This document shows positions 15,595-27,430 of a stretch of 64,000 bases of DNA, one piece after another. The notes beneath the pieces are model-generated. The model made no database searches, was not told where the DNA came from, and worked only from the letters and a program-made list of their open reading frames with translations. Source of the DNA: Atractiella rhizophila (lineage: Eukaryota); assembly GCA_021432655.1 (NCBI GenBank), contig MU271403.1, forward strand, positions 1 through 64,000, in the 5' to 3' direction. How positions within the stretch are numbered: the stretch's first letter is position 1; every line of letters begins with the position of its first letter. The position numbers and the translations under genes are program-made.

Positions 15595-15755
15595 CTTGCG
15601 AAAAAAATTGTTTTCGCGATCTCTTGCCACTACAGTTTCACTAAACTCTTCCAGTGTAGTTAAGTCACGTGGTATTTCCAGAGTTTCAAGTTCACTACAA
15701 CCCACCACTGAGCACTTCTGCACAAATCTCACGTAATACAGAGCAGTCTCTACCT

Positions 15756-15763
15756 TGTGACTG
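15756..15763 (-). promoter_or_regulatory. Homol-D box (CAGTCACA) upstream of IMP4/snoRNA host
   Basis: Exact TGTGACTG on the + strand ~160 nt upstream of the IMP4 ATG. Homol-D is a known core promoter element of fungal ribosomal-protein and snoRNA genes, but an 8-mer could occur by chance. Confidence 0.45.
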
Positions 15764-15959
15764 CCAGATGGCATGCGTTCACACAGAAATTACGGGGGAA
15801 AGAGAAAATGCGCAGTGGACGTGATCTGATCTTGGGAGGTTCCCGATCAATCGTTCAGACAGGTCCACAAGTACCTCCACTTTCTTTCCTGACTAAGTCC
15901 TCCTTCTGGCACATAAAACACGCTTCCAGTCCACCTGGAACATTCGTCCACCATGCACC

Positions 15960-18558
15960 ATGTCTGATCTTCCCTCATACTCACCAGCTGCACCCTCCGC
16001 CCAATCCCTCTCCCTGCCCCAATCCTTCTCTGTAGCCAACCGTCCTCACCAGCCATTCGTCCATCCTCCAGCAGTACTCGCCCATCTTCGACTCCTCGGC
16101 GCTTTTCACGCCCTCCGTCAATCCGTAGAAGCAAATGAGCTGCATGAGCAAAAAGAGAATCTGCCAACTATCTCTGTCTCCAGCTCGGACGGAGGTGCGA
16201 GTGGTGCAGGTCAGTTGTTTCCCCACTCTCTTGTTACACATGAGTGACAAGGATGAAGTGAAACTGCCACAAGAACTCCTCTGGTCGCTCTTCCTCCATC
16301 AAGCCGTATCTCGCTTTCAGCTCTGGTCTTCCCTCGTCCTCTCTTCCTCGTCCTCACGTTCATCTGCATCCGCTTCGGGACGGCTGGAAGAAAATCAATT
16401 GCCGCCCATCGATGTCCTGTTGGTATGGCACGCCTATCTCCTCAACCCGTGGACGTATTGGGAGGACTGTTTGACTCGCGCAAGAGCTTCAGCGGAGGCA
16501 GGAGAGGAGGAGAAGGGGTTTGAAGGGTTGAGGAATATGGGAGGGATGGAAGTGGAAACGATCGTACGTCATTCTATGCTCTGACCCCCCCTTCCCTCCT
16601 CGAACGATAGGTTAGTACTCATGCTGGAGTTGGATGATAGGCAAAATACATCGATCTCGATACGTTTCAGTACAATCCGCCCACAGCCTCAATCAAGAAC
16701 TGGACGACGCTGACCAAGACAGCATTCGAAGCTGAGGTGCGTTTACATCCCTCTTTCTTCCTCTCAAGAGATCAAAGCACAGAATAACACCACTTTAGGT
16801 TCCCTTACCGTCATCGAAGCACACGATCGATTGTCCCTCCTGTTCCATCAGCCATTCCATCCCCTACGTCTCTCCCTCGGGAACCGGTTGGGCACAGAAC
16901 TTCGCGCACTCTTGTTCCTGCGGTCTAAACATCACTAAATCGACATACGGCCTCCTCACACTGGCCCACACAGTCTCCTCCTACCTCCTCTACTACCAAT
17001 CCCGTTCGGTCTCGAAACAAACTCCAATCCCTCTCTCCGCCTGCCTCGCCGGCACCGTATTGGGTCCAGGGACTGGGGAGGAGAGAGCGGATCGGGCGGA
17101 GAGGACGAACGAACAGTGGATGCGTCCGTTCACTCTGAGATTCGCGCCCGGAGTGTCGGGAAAGGAGATTGCAGAGAAGTGCGAGTGGAAGTGGGAAGAG
17201 ATGGAGGCTTTCTTCATTAGGGGTATGCTCGGCGATGCCGCTGTGAATGTGAAGATGAAGACTCCTAAGACCGTCGTGAGGTTGTTGAGAGCTTATAAGG
17301 AGCCTTTTGGATCACTTGAACTTGTTGGAGCAGTGAGTTCCCTCGTCATCATCTCCCCCTTTCTTTTCTTATGAGGCGATGGATGATTGAAAGGTGAATC
17401 GACAATTCGAATTCGTCCGCTCTTTACACTCGATCCACTGGCTCGACCCTCGCAAGTTCGAGACTGACCAAACGACCCTCGTGCTGGCTATAGCGAGATA
17501 TCACGCGTGGATCGACCTCATGTCATCAGCATCCGTACCTGGAGGAGCACTCGTGCCCACGCTAGACATCGATTTGGTCTGGCATACCCATATGCTCGAT
17601 GCGAAGGCATATAGAGAACAGCTGTTGAATGCTTTAGGGAGGATACCGAACCACGGTCCGTCTTTCCTCCTATCCGTTCCTTAGTATACTGTGGGTTATT
17701 GAAGAGTGAGCTCTGATATTACTGGGTGGATGACAGATGATCGGATCGAAGAAAACGCGTTGTCAAATGCGTTTGAGCAGACGGCAAAGGCTTGGATGGG
17801 GAGGTTCGGCGTGCCGTATACGACTTGTGGTTGTGTCGTACGTAGCTTCTCCCCATCCATCTATTCCCTCCAAGGTATAATGAATAATTGATTATAAAAC
17901 GTGTCCGTAGCTGCCTGAGGGCGAACAAACCTTGTCTTCCAAGCTCAAGGACCGATTCAAATCCTCCAAGACTCAACCGATCCAGCCCAAAGATTCACTC
18001 ATCCACCTAGCAGCCACCACGTCTTCTCCCGCATCCCACCCTTCCGAGCACAACGGCATCCGGGTCCTCTCCCCCTCACAAGAAGCGGAGCGGAAGAAGC
18101 GCAAAACCACTATTGAGAAGGTGGTGGCCAAGGAGGAGAAGGCGGTGAATACCGGGAAGGGGAAGGGAAAAGGGGATAGGTGGATGGAGGAGAGGGAGAG
18201 GAAGAGGAAGGAAGGACATGCGAACGCTTTCTTTAGGCAGGAGAAGGGCACCACAGAATTTTGGGGAGTTAATACCCCAAGGCTTGTCGGTTTCGCTTAT
18301 GGATTGGGATTGGCGGGTGCGTCCTTACCCTTTCCCCTCTTCTCTATGAGGCTAATGGGTACATGCGAGCAGGTTGTGGGAACATTGTTGATGATGCAGA
18401 TGGAATAGAAAGCGCTGGGAGTCAGTTGGCACCTCTAACTGGTGGGAATGCCCTCAACAGTGCGTATCCAGCTCTTCCTGCTGAGAAACTGACGATCTGG
18501 TATTGCAGTCGGTGGTACCGGAGCTGGTTGTGCTGCCGGCGGTGGTGGCGGAGGCTGA
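15960..18558 (+). CDS. DUF1399 / glycine-rich-domain-containing protein (multi-exon)
   Basis: Two repeats of the DUF1399-type motif (LPPIDVLLVWHAYLLNP and AIARYHAWIDLM...LVPTLDIDLVWHTHML), plus TAKAWMGRFGVPYTTCGC and a C-terminal GAGCAAGGGGGG tail. Confidence 0.8.
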
Positions 18559-19148
18559 TTATGATGCAATGCTCTTCAATTTCTGCCCAATGTTAGGCTA
18601 AAGGATTCAGTTATGTGGATTACTGGACATTGTTGACTCTGTGAACTGTTGTTGCTCAAACTGTTCAAGTTGTGTCCTGATTGTGTATCATTAATATCTG
18701 AAAGGAAAAAGTTGTTGTAATCTTATGTAATCTTATGTTTCGAGTTGAGATGCAGATTTTTCAGTGAGGCCGACACTCTGAAGAGGGCACCAAGGAAGCG
18801 TAGTCAGCAGTGGAGCGTTAATGAGTCGACGCCAGGAGACAGTCCCACTCAATACATTCAATCTTGCATCACTGAGTTTTGAAAGTGCACCGCGCTGCAG
18901 TTTAGAAGGAGAATCCCCGAACAAGTTGCTGAGGACAGACATTCTAAGCAGAGATGATGCTGTGGTTCGAGTGTCCGCCAGTGACAATTCCCGAGACGCG
19001 GTATCAAGACGGTGGCTTTGAGTTTCCCTTCATAGTCTCATTCTCATGTAGTATGGTTCACCAGCCACGGACACTTCTGCCGTCCTCCAGCTTCCTTCTA
19101 ATTCAGAATTGATTTTACATATTGTTCCATACCAAGACCGGACTCAGG

Positions 19149-20785
19149 TCATATTCCTAGATTAGTCTTCATCTTTTCAACCTCTTCTAATACCCTCCGC
19201 CTGCTCGTGCCTCCAATTCCGTCCCTTCTCTCCGTACTCTTCTCATAGTCGAAAATACTCTTGATATCATCTCCGAATCGTTCATCGATGTCCTGAAACT
19301 GTTGCGTCGACAGCTCCGACATGGGTATCTTGAGCTCTTCAGCCTTCGCAACACAACGACCGGAGATATGGTGTGTTACACGGAAAGGGACCCCTTTGCG
19401 AACGAGGTATTCTGCCAGATCTGTCGCGAGAAGATCCGGCGTGAGAGCCTCTTGCATTCGCGATGGGTTGATACTCAAAGTCGAAAGGACACCAGTAAGG
19501 ATCTGAATGGAAGCAGAGATGGTATGCGCAGCGTCGAAGAGTGGCTCTTTATCTTCTTGCAGATCTTTGTCGTATGTCGACGGGATACCTTTCAACGTCA
19601 TCATCAAACCAGAGAGCTAAACATTCGGATGAAATCAATCATTTTGTTTGAGTACTATAGGTAGACACTCACTGATCCAAATACTCGACCAGCTTTACCT
19701 CGAAGCAGCTCGAGCGAATCAGCATTCTTCTTTTGAGGCATGATCGAACTTCCCGTGCTAAATGCATTATTTGATAAAAGAAAACATGCGCAGCTGACTA
19801 CACGAACCTGTAAGCATCTCCAATAGTCACAAAGCCAAATTCAGCCGTCGAATAGATGATCAAGTCTTCTGACAGTTTCGAGATATGGTTCATAAGCAGG
19901 CTTGAAAAGAATAGGAACTCCGCGATGAAATCGCGATCTGCTACTGCCTGTCGAACCAAAGCTCAAATCAGAGCTCTGCAACCAAGGGAGTAAAGATGAG
20001 AATAGAGCATACATGCATCGAGTTCCCTAATACTCGCTCGAAGCCCAGTTCTTTCGCTAAGAATTCCGAGTCAACGCAAAACGGATTTCCCGCCAGTGGA
20101 CCTGCCCCTAGAGGGAGTGTAGATATACGAGGTCGCTGAGATTGCAATCGCTCGAGGTCGGCCTTCAAAGCGTGGGCATGGGAAAGGAGGAAATGAGACC
20201 AACGAATAGGCTGAGCGCGCTGTGTTCAGCAAGTCAGTGATAATGATAATTGTGACAGGATAAAAGTCTATGACGAACTTGAAGGTGGGTGTAGCCAGGC
20301 ATGATGTGGTCCACTTCTTGTTCTGCTCTTCGTACCAGAACAGAAAGCAACTCCTTAAGATATCCTTCCACTTTCTCCGTCTCTTCAAACAACCACATGC
20401 GCACATCAGTAGCGACTTGATCGTTCCTACTCCTCCCCGTGTGCACTTTCCCTCCCACCTCGCTTCCAATGATCTCACAAAGCCTCCTCTCATTGGCAGT
20501 ATGAATATCCTCATCCGTCTCCTCTTTGATCACAAAGCTACCGTCTTCCCATTCTTTCAGCACCTGGTTGAGGCCCTTATGGATCAACTCAACCTCTGCT
20601 GAGCTGAGGATGGGAGGAGATGTCTTGGAGAGAGCGAGAGAATAGGCAAGAGAATTCCGAATATCCTGACTGTACATTCGACGATCGTAGGAGAGACTTT
20701 GATTGAACTGCCACATGAGAGGATCCGTGCCTCCGGTGAATCGACCTCCCCAAAGCTTTTGCCCAGTCGATTTGCCCTCCGACAT
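19149..20785 (-). CDS. ARG4: Argininosuccinate lyase
   Basis: [75 protein letters not shown] and [16 protein letters not shown]. Confidence 0.97.
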
Positions 20786-21500
20786 GTTGTTATTTCTGCA
20801 AAGAATCAACATTAACTTCAAAGCTGCATGTCTGCGCTGCTGAACGCCTGATCTCTGACAAAAGCCAAAAGAGCATACCAGTGAGAGTACACAGTAGGCA
20901 AGAATATGTAGTCCGCCTCACTTGAGGTAAATTTTGCGGTCTGACTTGGCTAACATTTCGTGTGTGCAGACTCAGCAGCACAGCTGGCTGTGATGAAAAG
21001 AAGCTCAACACTCACCTCGAAAAGTGAATGAAGTGATAGAAGTTCTTCAAATGACCGTTTACCTGTTGCTGATTCAGTTTTAACGTTTAACACATTAACA
21101 GTTGACATCGGATCCGAAAATGTTTATGAATTTGAATGTGTCGCTTTATGAAGCGAATTATTATACTGATATCTATTCACGCTACTTTTATGACCACGAA
21201 ATACGCGCCTAGGACCTTTACAGCCAAAATAGAATATTGCATTGCCTTTAACGTGATTGTTTATCACATTCGTTAGGTAATCAAGAGATAGAAAGAACAA
21301 GATGCACAGAGGGCTCGACATCGAATAGGGAGGGAGAAAGGACGAGATAAGGGTGATTTACATCAGAAAGAAAGAGAAAGTCGAATACTTCAACTGATCA
21401 TGTTCGATGGATAAGGTATGTCACAGAGAAACGACAGCCGAGAAGTAAAACCGCTGTAGTAAGCAGATTTGCGTCAAAGTTATCCTGGAGCGAACTAGGA

Positions 21501-23611
21501 CTATTGTGGATTGGATAAACTGCGAGATTGAGGCGTGGATCGAGGCGCAAGGTGGATTCGATTTCCAGACGAGTACCAACGTACCACATCGATGAGAGCA
21601 TCTTCGTTGGCGTGCGTATCCATTATTGAACTGGGGAACGGCTCGTCTGCCAGTCCGTTGAGTACCCCAAGGACTTTCACTGAGGTTGGCCCTGTTTCAT
21701 CCACCAGAAGCACCCGTCCGAGCTGCAATACACGGTCAGCGAGGGAGAAACAGCAAAACAGCAAGGAGTAACTGACAGGATAGAAAAAGCCAGTGATGAA
21801 CCAAGCATAAACATAACACCCTCTTGCAACATCGGCCGGGATCAGAAGAGGAAAATATGGCCTGAAAGCGATCATCTCCATTAGTATCGACGCGATTTCC
21901 CACATCCTAGGTGGGTTGCTTAGATCAAGGTTGGGAAAGTAGTTCTGAAGGCGGTAGTGGAGGAAGTGAGATAGCTTGTGGCGAACAGCGTTCCCGTACA
22001 CAACATATTGAACCTCCTTAACCTTAGCCCTGAGAGTCTTCTTGAATCTCACATCGTCGATCTTGGAACAGTATTTTCTGAACAAATCCACGGTAACGTC
22101 GCTCCTCCACACCGCTTGATCCTTTCCCGCAAGTACAAGGATCGCAGATCCTAAGAGTTCGAGGTCAGCACCAGTAGTGTCCTCCGCTGCGAGATAGGTA
22201 TCCATCAGGCCAATGGCTCTGTGAATCCTCCCAAATAGAACGCCATGAGGAAGGGGAGGCATATCAGCGCTAGTGCGAACAATGAAGTCGAGGAGGTCAG
22301 TTCTTTGGTCCAACGAATCGTAGATGAGCCTTTTTTCGTCTACAGCCTTTTGAGGGCCAACAGGCTGCTGGGGAGGAGCAGGAGCGGCAGGAAGCAGGGC
22401 TGGAGCAATTCGCTGTGAGGCACTAGAACCTGGTCGCTGGATCGCGCCTGGTTGAGGCTGGGGAATTGTAGCTTGAGGCGCAGTGCGCAAGACCCCAGGC
22501 GGAGCTTTTTGGAGGTAGGCATCGCGTTGGCTTTGATGTGTGAGGTGACCACGTTGAGGTTGCAGTTGATACGATGAAAGTTGCGGTTGACACGATTGAG
22601 GTTGGAATTGGGGTCGGAGTTGAGGTTGCGGTTGAGGTTGCGGTTGAGGTTGCGGTTGAGGTTGCGGTTGAGGTTGCGGTTGAGGTTGCGGTTGAGATTG
22701 TAGCTGACAGTGTTGTTGAATTTGCGGACGAGGTTGCAGATGAGGTTGCGGGTGACCTTGCAGCTGGGGTCGCGGGTAAGGTTGGGGTTGATGAACTCTA
22801 GTAGGCACCGCCAGCGTTTTTGACTGTGTAGGCGTCGCGAGCGGAGGAGGGATCTGGTGATACAGAGGACCAGTCACGGGCGGATAGAAGGTGGTCGTAG
22901 GTCGAGGTCGACGCGGCAAAGGACGTGGCCGTGGTCGAGGTCGATGAGCCAAGGGACCTGGTCGTGGTCGAGGTAGACGAGTGGTGGAGGTGGCCGGCGG
23001 CGTCGGCGGGGTGGGAGGTTGTTGGAGTGGACCCGCTTGAGTTGGAGGAGTGAGAGGCGCGTTAGGAGGGGCCCACAATGGAGAGGAGGCATTTGGACAG
23101 AATGCCACAGAAGGATAGAAGGTGTGGTATTGAGGAGGAACGCTGCCGATAAAGGGCTGCGAGGGATTCACTGGTTGAAGGAAATTTAGACCTGACAAAC
23201 AAGGAGTCAATCTATGCTCAGCGGGCCAGTTGCGGCAAAGGGAAAATATGGAGAAGAAATGGGCGGTTGTGTCCATGGGCCAGTTTATTGTGATAAACAA
23301 AATAGAAGGGATAGCGTACCTCTCGACATCTGGTACATGGCAAAAGCAGGATTCATACTAGCGCGAGCACGCATGTCGGCACTATCACCAGGCAACTTGC
23401 CAACGCTCAACAGAGAGGAGGAGGGAGTTTGGTTTGGAAGCGGCTCAGAGAGACCTACAGTTGCCACAAGCGTTAATACCTCTTCCCAACGCCTGAATAA
23501 TAACTTAAACTCACCATGAGACATTGCAACGCTTCCCAGGCTCGGATTGACAAGAGCAACTGAGGATAGCAAATGTGGACCGAAGGAATGCTCTGCCTCT
23601 CGAGTTGCCAT
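21501..23611 (-). CDS. Pro/Gln-rich protein with divergent A/B-type cyclin fold, copy 1 (apparently complete)
   Basis: Spliced model starts MATREAEHSF (ATG 23611) with GT-AG introns. The C-terminal half matches the cyclin-box pattern: RTDLLDFI..HRAIGLMDTYL..LELLGSAILVLAGK..HFL..IASILMEM..PADVA. Confidence 0.65.
22619..22695. repeat. 12-bp coding minisatellite (gttgaggttgcg)n encoding (QP)n; second copy at 24687-24763
   Basis: About six perfect units, visible in both duplicated copies. Confidence 0.95.
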
Positions 23612-23811
23612 CTTTGGGCTTTGAAGAGAAGTGACGGTCTCAGAAATGGCGTAAAGGTGGAGCGAGATCGAACGATATTGTAGTGAGGGTTTATATACTG
23701 AATGTATGGGGAAAGCGGGAGAGCTAAACAGCGGGAAGCGGGAAGGCCCAAACGTATCTGGTCCCGTCAGGAGGTGTCAGCAACAGAATAATTTTCAAGT
23801 TATACTCACTC

Positions 23812-25679
23812 TCAAGTGCTTCTGAGGTACAAGGAGTAACTGACAGGATAGAAAAAGCCAGTGATGAACCAAGCATAAACGTAACACCCTCTTGCAACAT
23901 CGGCCGGGATCAGAAGAGGAAAATATGGCCTGAAAGCGATCATCTCCATTAGTATCGACGCGATTTCCCACATCCTAGGTGGGTTGCTTAGATCAAGGTT
24001 GGGAAAGTAGTTCTGAAGGCGGTAGTGGAGGAAGTGAGATAGCTTGTGGCGAACAGCGTTCCCGTACACAACATATTGAACCTCCTTAACCTTATCCCTG
24101 AGAGTCTTCTTGAATCTCACATCGTCGATCTTGGAACAGTATTTTCTAAACAAATCCACGGTAACGTCGCTCCTCCACACCGCCTGATCCTTTCCAGCAA
24201 GTACAAGGATCGCAGATCCTAAGAGTTCGAGGTCCGCACCAGTAGTGTCCTCCGCTGCGAGATAGGTATCCATCAGGCCAATGGCTCTGTGAATCCTCCC
24301 AAATAGAACGCCATGAGGAAGGGGAGGCATATCAGCGCTGGTGCGAACAATGAAGTCGAGGAGGTCAGTTCTTTGGTCCAACGAATCGTAGATGAGCCCT
24401 TTTTCGTCTACAGCCTTTTGAGGGCCAACAGGCTGCTGGAGAGGAGCAGGAGCGCGAGGAAGCAGGGCTGGAGCAATTCGCTGTGAGGCACTAGAACCTG
24501 GTCGCTGGATCGCGCCTGGTTGAGGCTGGGGAATTGTAGCTTGAGGCGCAGTGCGCAAGACCCCAGGCGGAGCTTTTTGGAGGTAGGCATCGCGTTGGCT
24601 TTGATGTGTGAGGTGACCACGTTGAGGTTGCAGTTGATACGATGAAAGTTGCGGTTGACACGATTGAGGTTGGAATTGGGGTCGGAGTTGAGGTTGCGGT
24701 TGAGGTTGCGGTTGAGGTTGCGGTTGAGGTTGCGGTTGAGGTTGCGGTTGAGGTTGCGGTTGAGATTGTAGCTGACAGTGTTGTTGAATTTGCGGACGAG
24801 GTTGCAGATGAGGTTGCGGGTGACCTTGCAGCTGGGGTCGCGGGTAAGGTTGGGGTTGATGAACTCTAGTAGGCACCGCCAGCGTTTTTGACTGTGTAGG
24901 CGTCGCGAGCGGAGGAGGGATCTGGTGATACAGAGGACCAGTCGCGGGCAAATAGAAGGTGGTCGTAGGCCGAGGTCGATGCGGCAAGGGACGTGGCCGT
25001 GGTCGAGGTCGATGAGCCAAGGGACCTGGTCGTGGTCGAGGTAGACGAGTGGTGGAGGTGGCCGGCGGCGTCGGCGGGGTGGGAGGTTGTTGGAGTGGAC
25101 CCGCTTGAGTTGGAGGAGTGAGAGGCGCGTTAGGAGGGGCCCACAATGGAGAGGAGGCATTTGGACAGAATGCCACAGAAGGATAGAAGGTGTGGTATTG
25201 AGGAGGAACGCTGCCGGTGAAGGGCTGCGAGGGATTCACTGGTTGAAGGAAATTTAGACCTGACAAACAAGGAGTCAATCTATGCTCAGCGGGCCAGTTG
25301 CGGCAAAGGGAAAATATGGAGAAGAAATGGGCGGTTGTGTCCATGGGCCAGTTTATTGTGATAAACAAAATAGAAGGGATAGCGTACCTCTCGACATCTG
25401 GTACATGGCAAAAGCAGGATTCATACTAGCGCGAGCACGCATGTCGGCACTATCACCAGGCAACTTGCCAACGCTCAACAGAGAGGAGGAGGGAGTTTGG
25501 TTTGGAAGCGGCTCAGAGAGACCTACAGTTGTCACAAGCGTTAATACCTCTTACCAACGCCTGAATAATAACTTAAACTCACCATGAGACATTGCAACGC
25601 TTCCCAGGCTCGGATTGACAAGAGCAACTGAGGATAGCAAATGTGGACCGAAGGAATGCTGTGCCTCTCGAGTTGCCAT
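23812..25679 (-). CDS. Duplicate copy 2 of the cyclin-like gene, 3'-truncated (last exon missing)
   Basis: Near-identical to copy 1 at offset 2068. The duplication junction lies inside the intron after FFYP, so the unspliced frame ends VSYSLYLRST-stop. Confidence 0.55.
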
Positions 25680-26602
25680 CTTCGGGCTTTGAAGAGAAGT
25701 GACGGTCTCAGAAATGGCGTAAAGGTGGAGCGAGATCGAACGATATTGTAGTGAGGGTTTATATACTGAATGTATGGGGAAAGCGGGAGAGCTAAACAGC
25801 GGGAAGCGGGAAGGCCCAAACGTATCTGGTCCCGTCAGGAGGTGTCAGCAACAGAATAATTTTCAAGTTATACTCACTCTCAAGTGCTTCTGAGGTCAGA
25901 TTTCAGGTATTCCGAGTAGCCAAGCGTCCAAGACGCGTTGGAGACTTGGAGTGCCACACCATGGTCCAAGGACTTCCATGCTCTTCACCTGCACGCTGTC
26001 CCTACAAATGTTATCGTGGCCGTGACTTCGAGGCGACGGTGCAACGGTTCAGTACGCATTCGGTTGTGGGGGACATCTTCACTGATTCCAGACCAGGATG
26101 GCACGCAAAAAATGCCTTTCCTTGTCACGTGAGGGTGTGTAGTGATACGTACATTGTATTCCTGACGGCGAGTGGAATGCACGCTGGAATGCACGTGGGC
26201 TAAATGTCAGGCAACAGGTAACTCAACTGGTGATGACGAGGGAGAGACTGAGAGAAAAGCTAAAGCCAAAAGTCGTGACTAGTACGAGAAAGTGACAAGG
26301 TGATTAGAACTTCGTCTCCAGAAAGTCTTTAGTTGTGGTAGACGGTATTATCGATGGTTACTGGTCAAACGTTTCCGAATGTTCATTAGTTCCTGAACAC
26401 GGCAAAGGTTCTATTGTATGTGTTAAACACTGTGTCTCCATCAAATTCGGTTGATGGTGTCGAAAACATTTGCTCGCACTTTTACCGCATTTAGAGAAGA
26501 CCCTCATTTTCCAGGAAAAAATCCAAGAACTTCAACCGCACTTCGAAAATTTTCGAACGTAAAAGGAATTTCTCTGCTCTTCTGTTTCTTGTCGCATCCG
26601 TA

Positions 26603-27430
26603 TTGGCTGCTGTAACTCCACTCCAGTTGAAGAGGACGAAGTACTCCGCCGAGTTGCTGCCCGTGGATGTGTGTACTCTCTCACCTCTGGCTCTTTCCGG
26701 ATTGACAAAAAGGGCAGTGAATGGGGAGGACTTGAGGATCCTCGATGAGATTCAAAATAATTCCGCTGGATTTGTTCCCGAAGGGATCGTTGCTCGGGAG
26801 CTTTCCGGTTACGCTATCCAGTGAGTAAAATTCACCCTGTGTTTCTAACAATGATCAGTTGTGCAGCGTCAATGGAGATGAAAGACTTTACTCAGCAGTA
26901 CCACTCGAGACCAGAGCCGACAATTCGCTCAGGCACCTGCTAACACTTTTCACATCCGCAACATGTGGTTGTTAAGAAGGAGCAACTTGCGGAAGTTGTA
27001 TGTTTCTACCCAGTAACGTTAATATCCTTCTGATCCCATATGGTAACCCAAAGGCGTCTCAGCTGAAGAAGCAGCCATCGCTGGTGGGGTTGGTGCATTG
27101 ACTTAATCACAAAGTTCACAATCTGGCTAAAGTTCACATCCTTCCTTCGAACTGTGGCTTACTGGACGCTGTCTCCCAGATTGAGCCTGGCCAAGCACTC
27201 CTCATCGTTGGTGGGAGCCTCTGGCTTAAGTGACGCTCCAAATTGCTGTAGTGGCAGGAATGACTGCGGACTTCAGAGACAAAAGCAAAAGGCATGTCAA
27301 ACGCTCTGTTGCGGGGATCTCGGTGCGTGCGTTTGTTACAAAGGACTGTCTTACCCGGACAATGCTATTGCGTCCAATGCCTCTTGGGATCTGGTGACTA
27401 TTAACACCTGTGAACGGCAAGGTGAGCAAA
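26603..27430 (+). pseudogene. Decayed medium-chain dehydrogenase/reductase (zinc-binding ADH / quinone-reductase-like) remnant
   Basis: Fragments occur in the expected order across frames and stops: ELLPVD, GIVARELSG, HVVVKKEQLA, PKGVSAEEAAIAGGVGALT*, IEPGQALLIVGGS..LQIA. Stops and frameshifts are present. Confidence 0.4.

Larger units (their letters stand above)
21762..25896. repeat. Head-to-tail tandem duplication, period 2068 bp (21762-23828 and 23830-25896)
   Basis: Direct comparison: both units start caaggagtaactgacagg and end ctcaagtgcttctgaggt. About 20 substitutions counted by eye, no indels seen. Confidence 0.97.

Noticed and set aside
22619..22695. Regular short repeats that might suggest a CRISPR or telomeric array
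   Set aside because: No spacers, eukaryotic context, and the repeat encodes (QP)n in frame.
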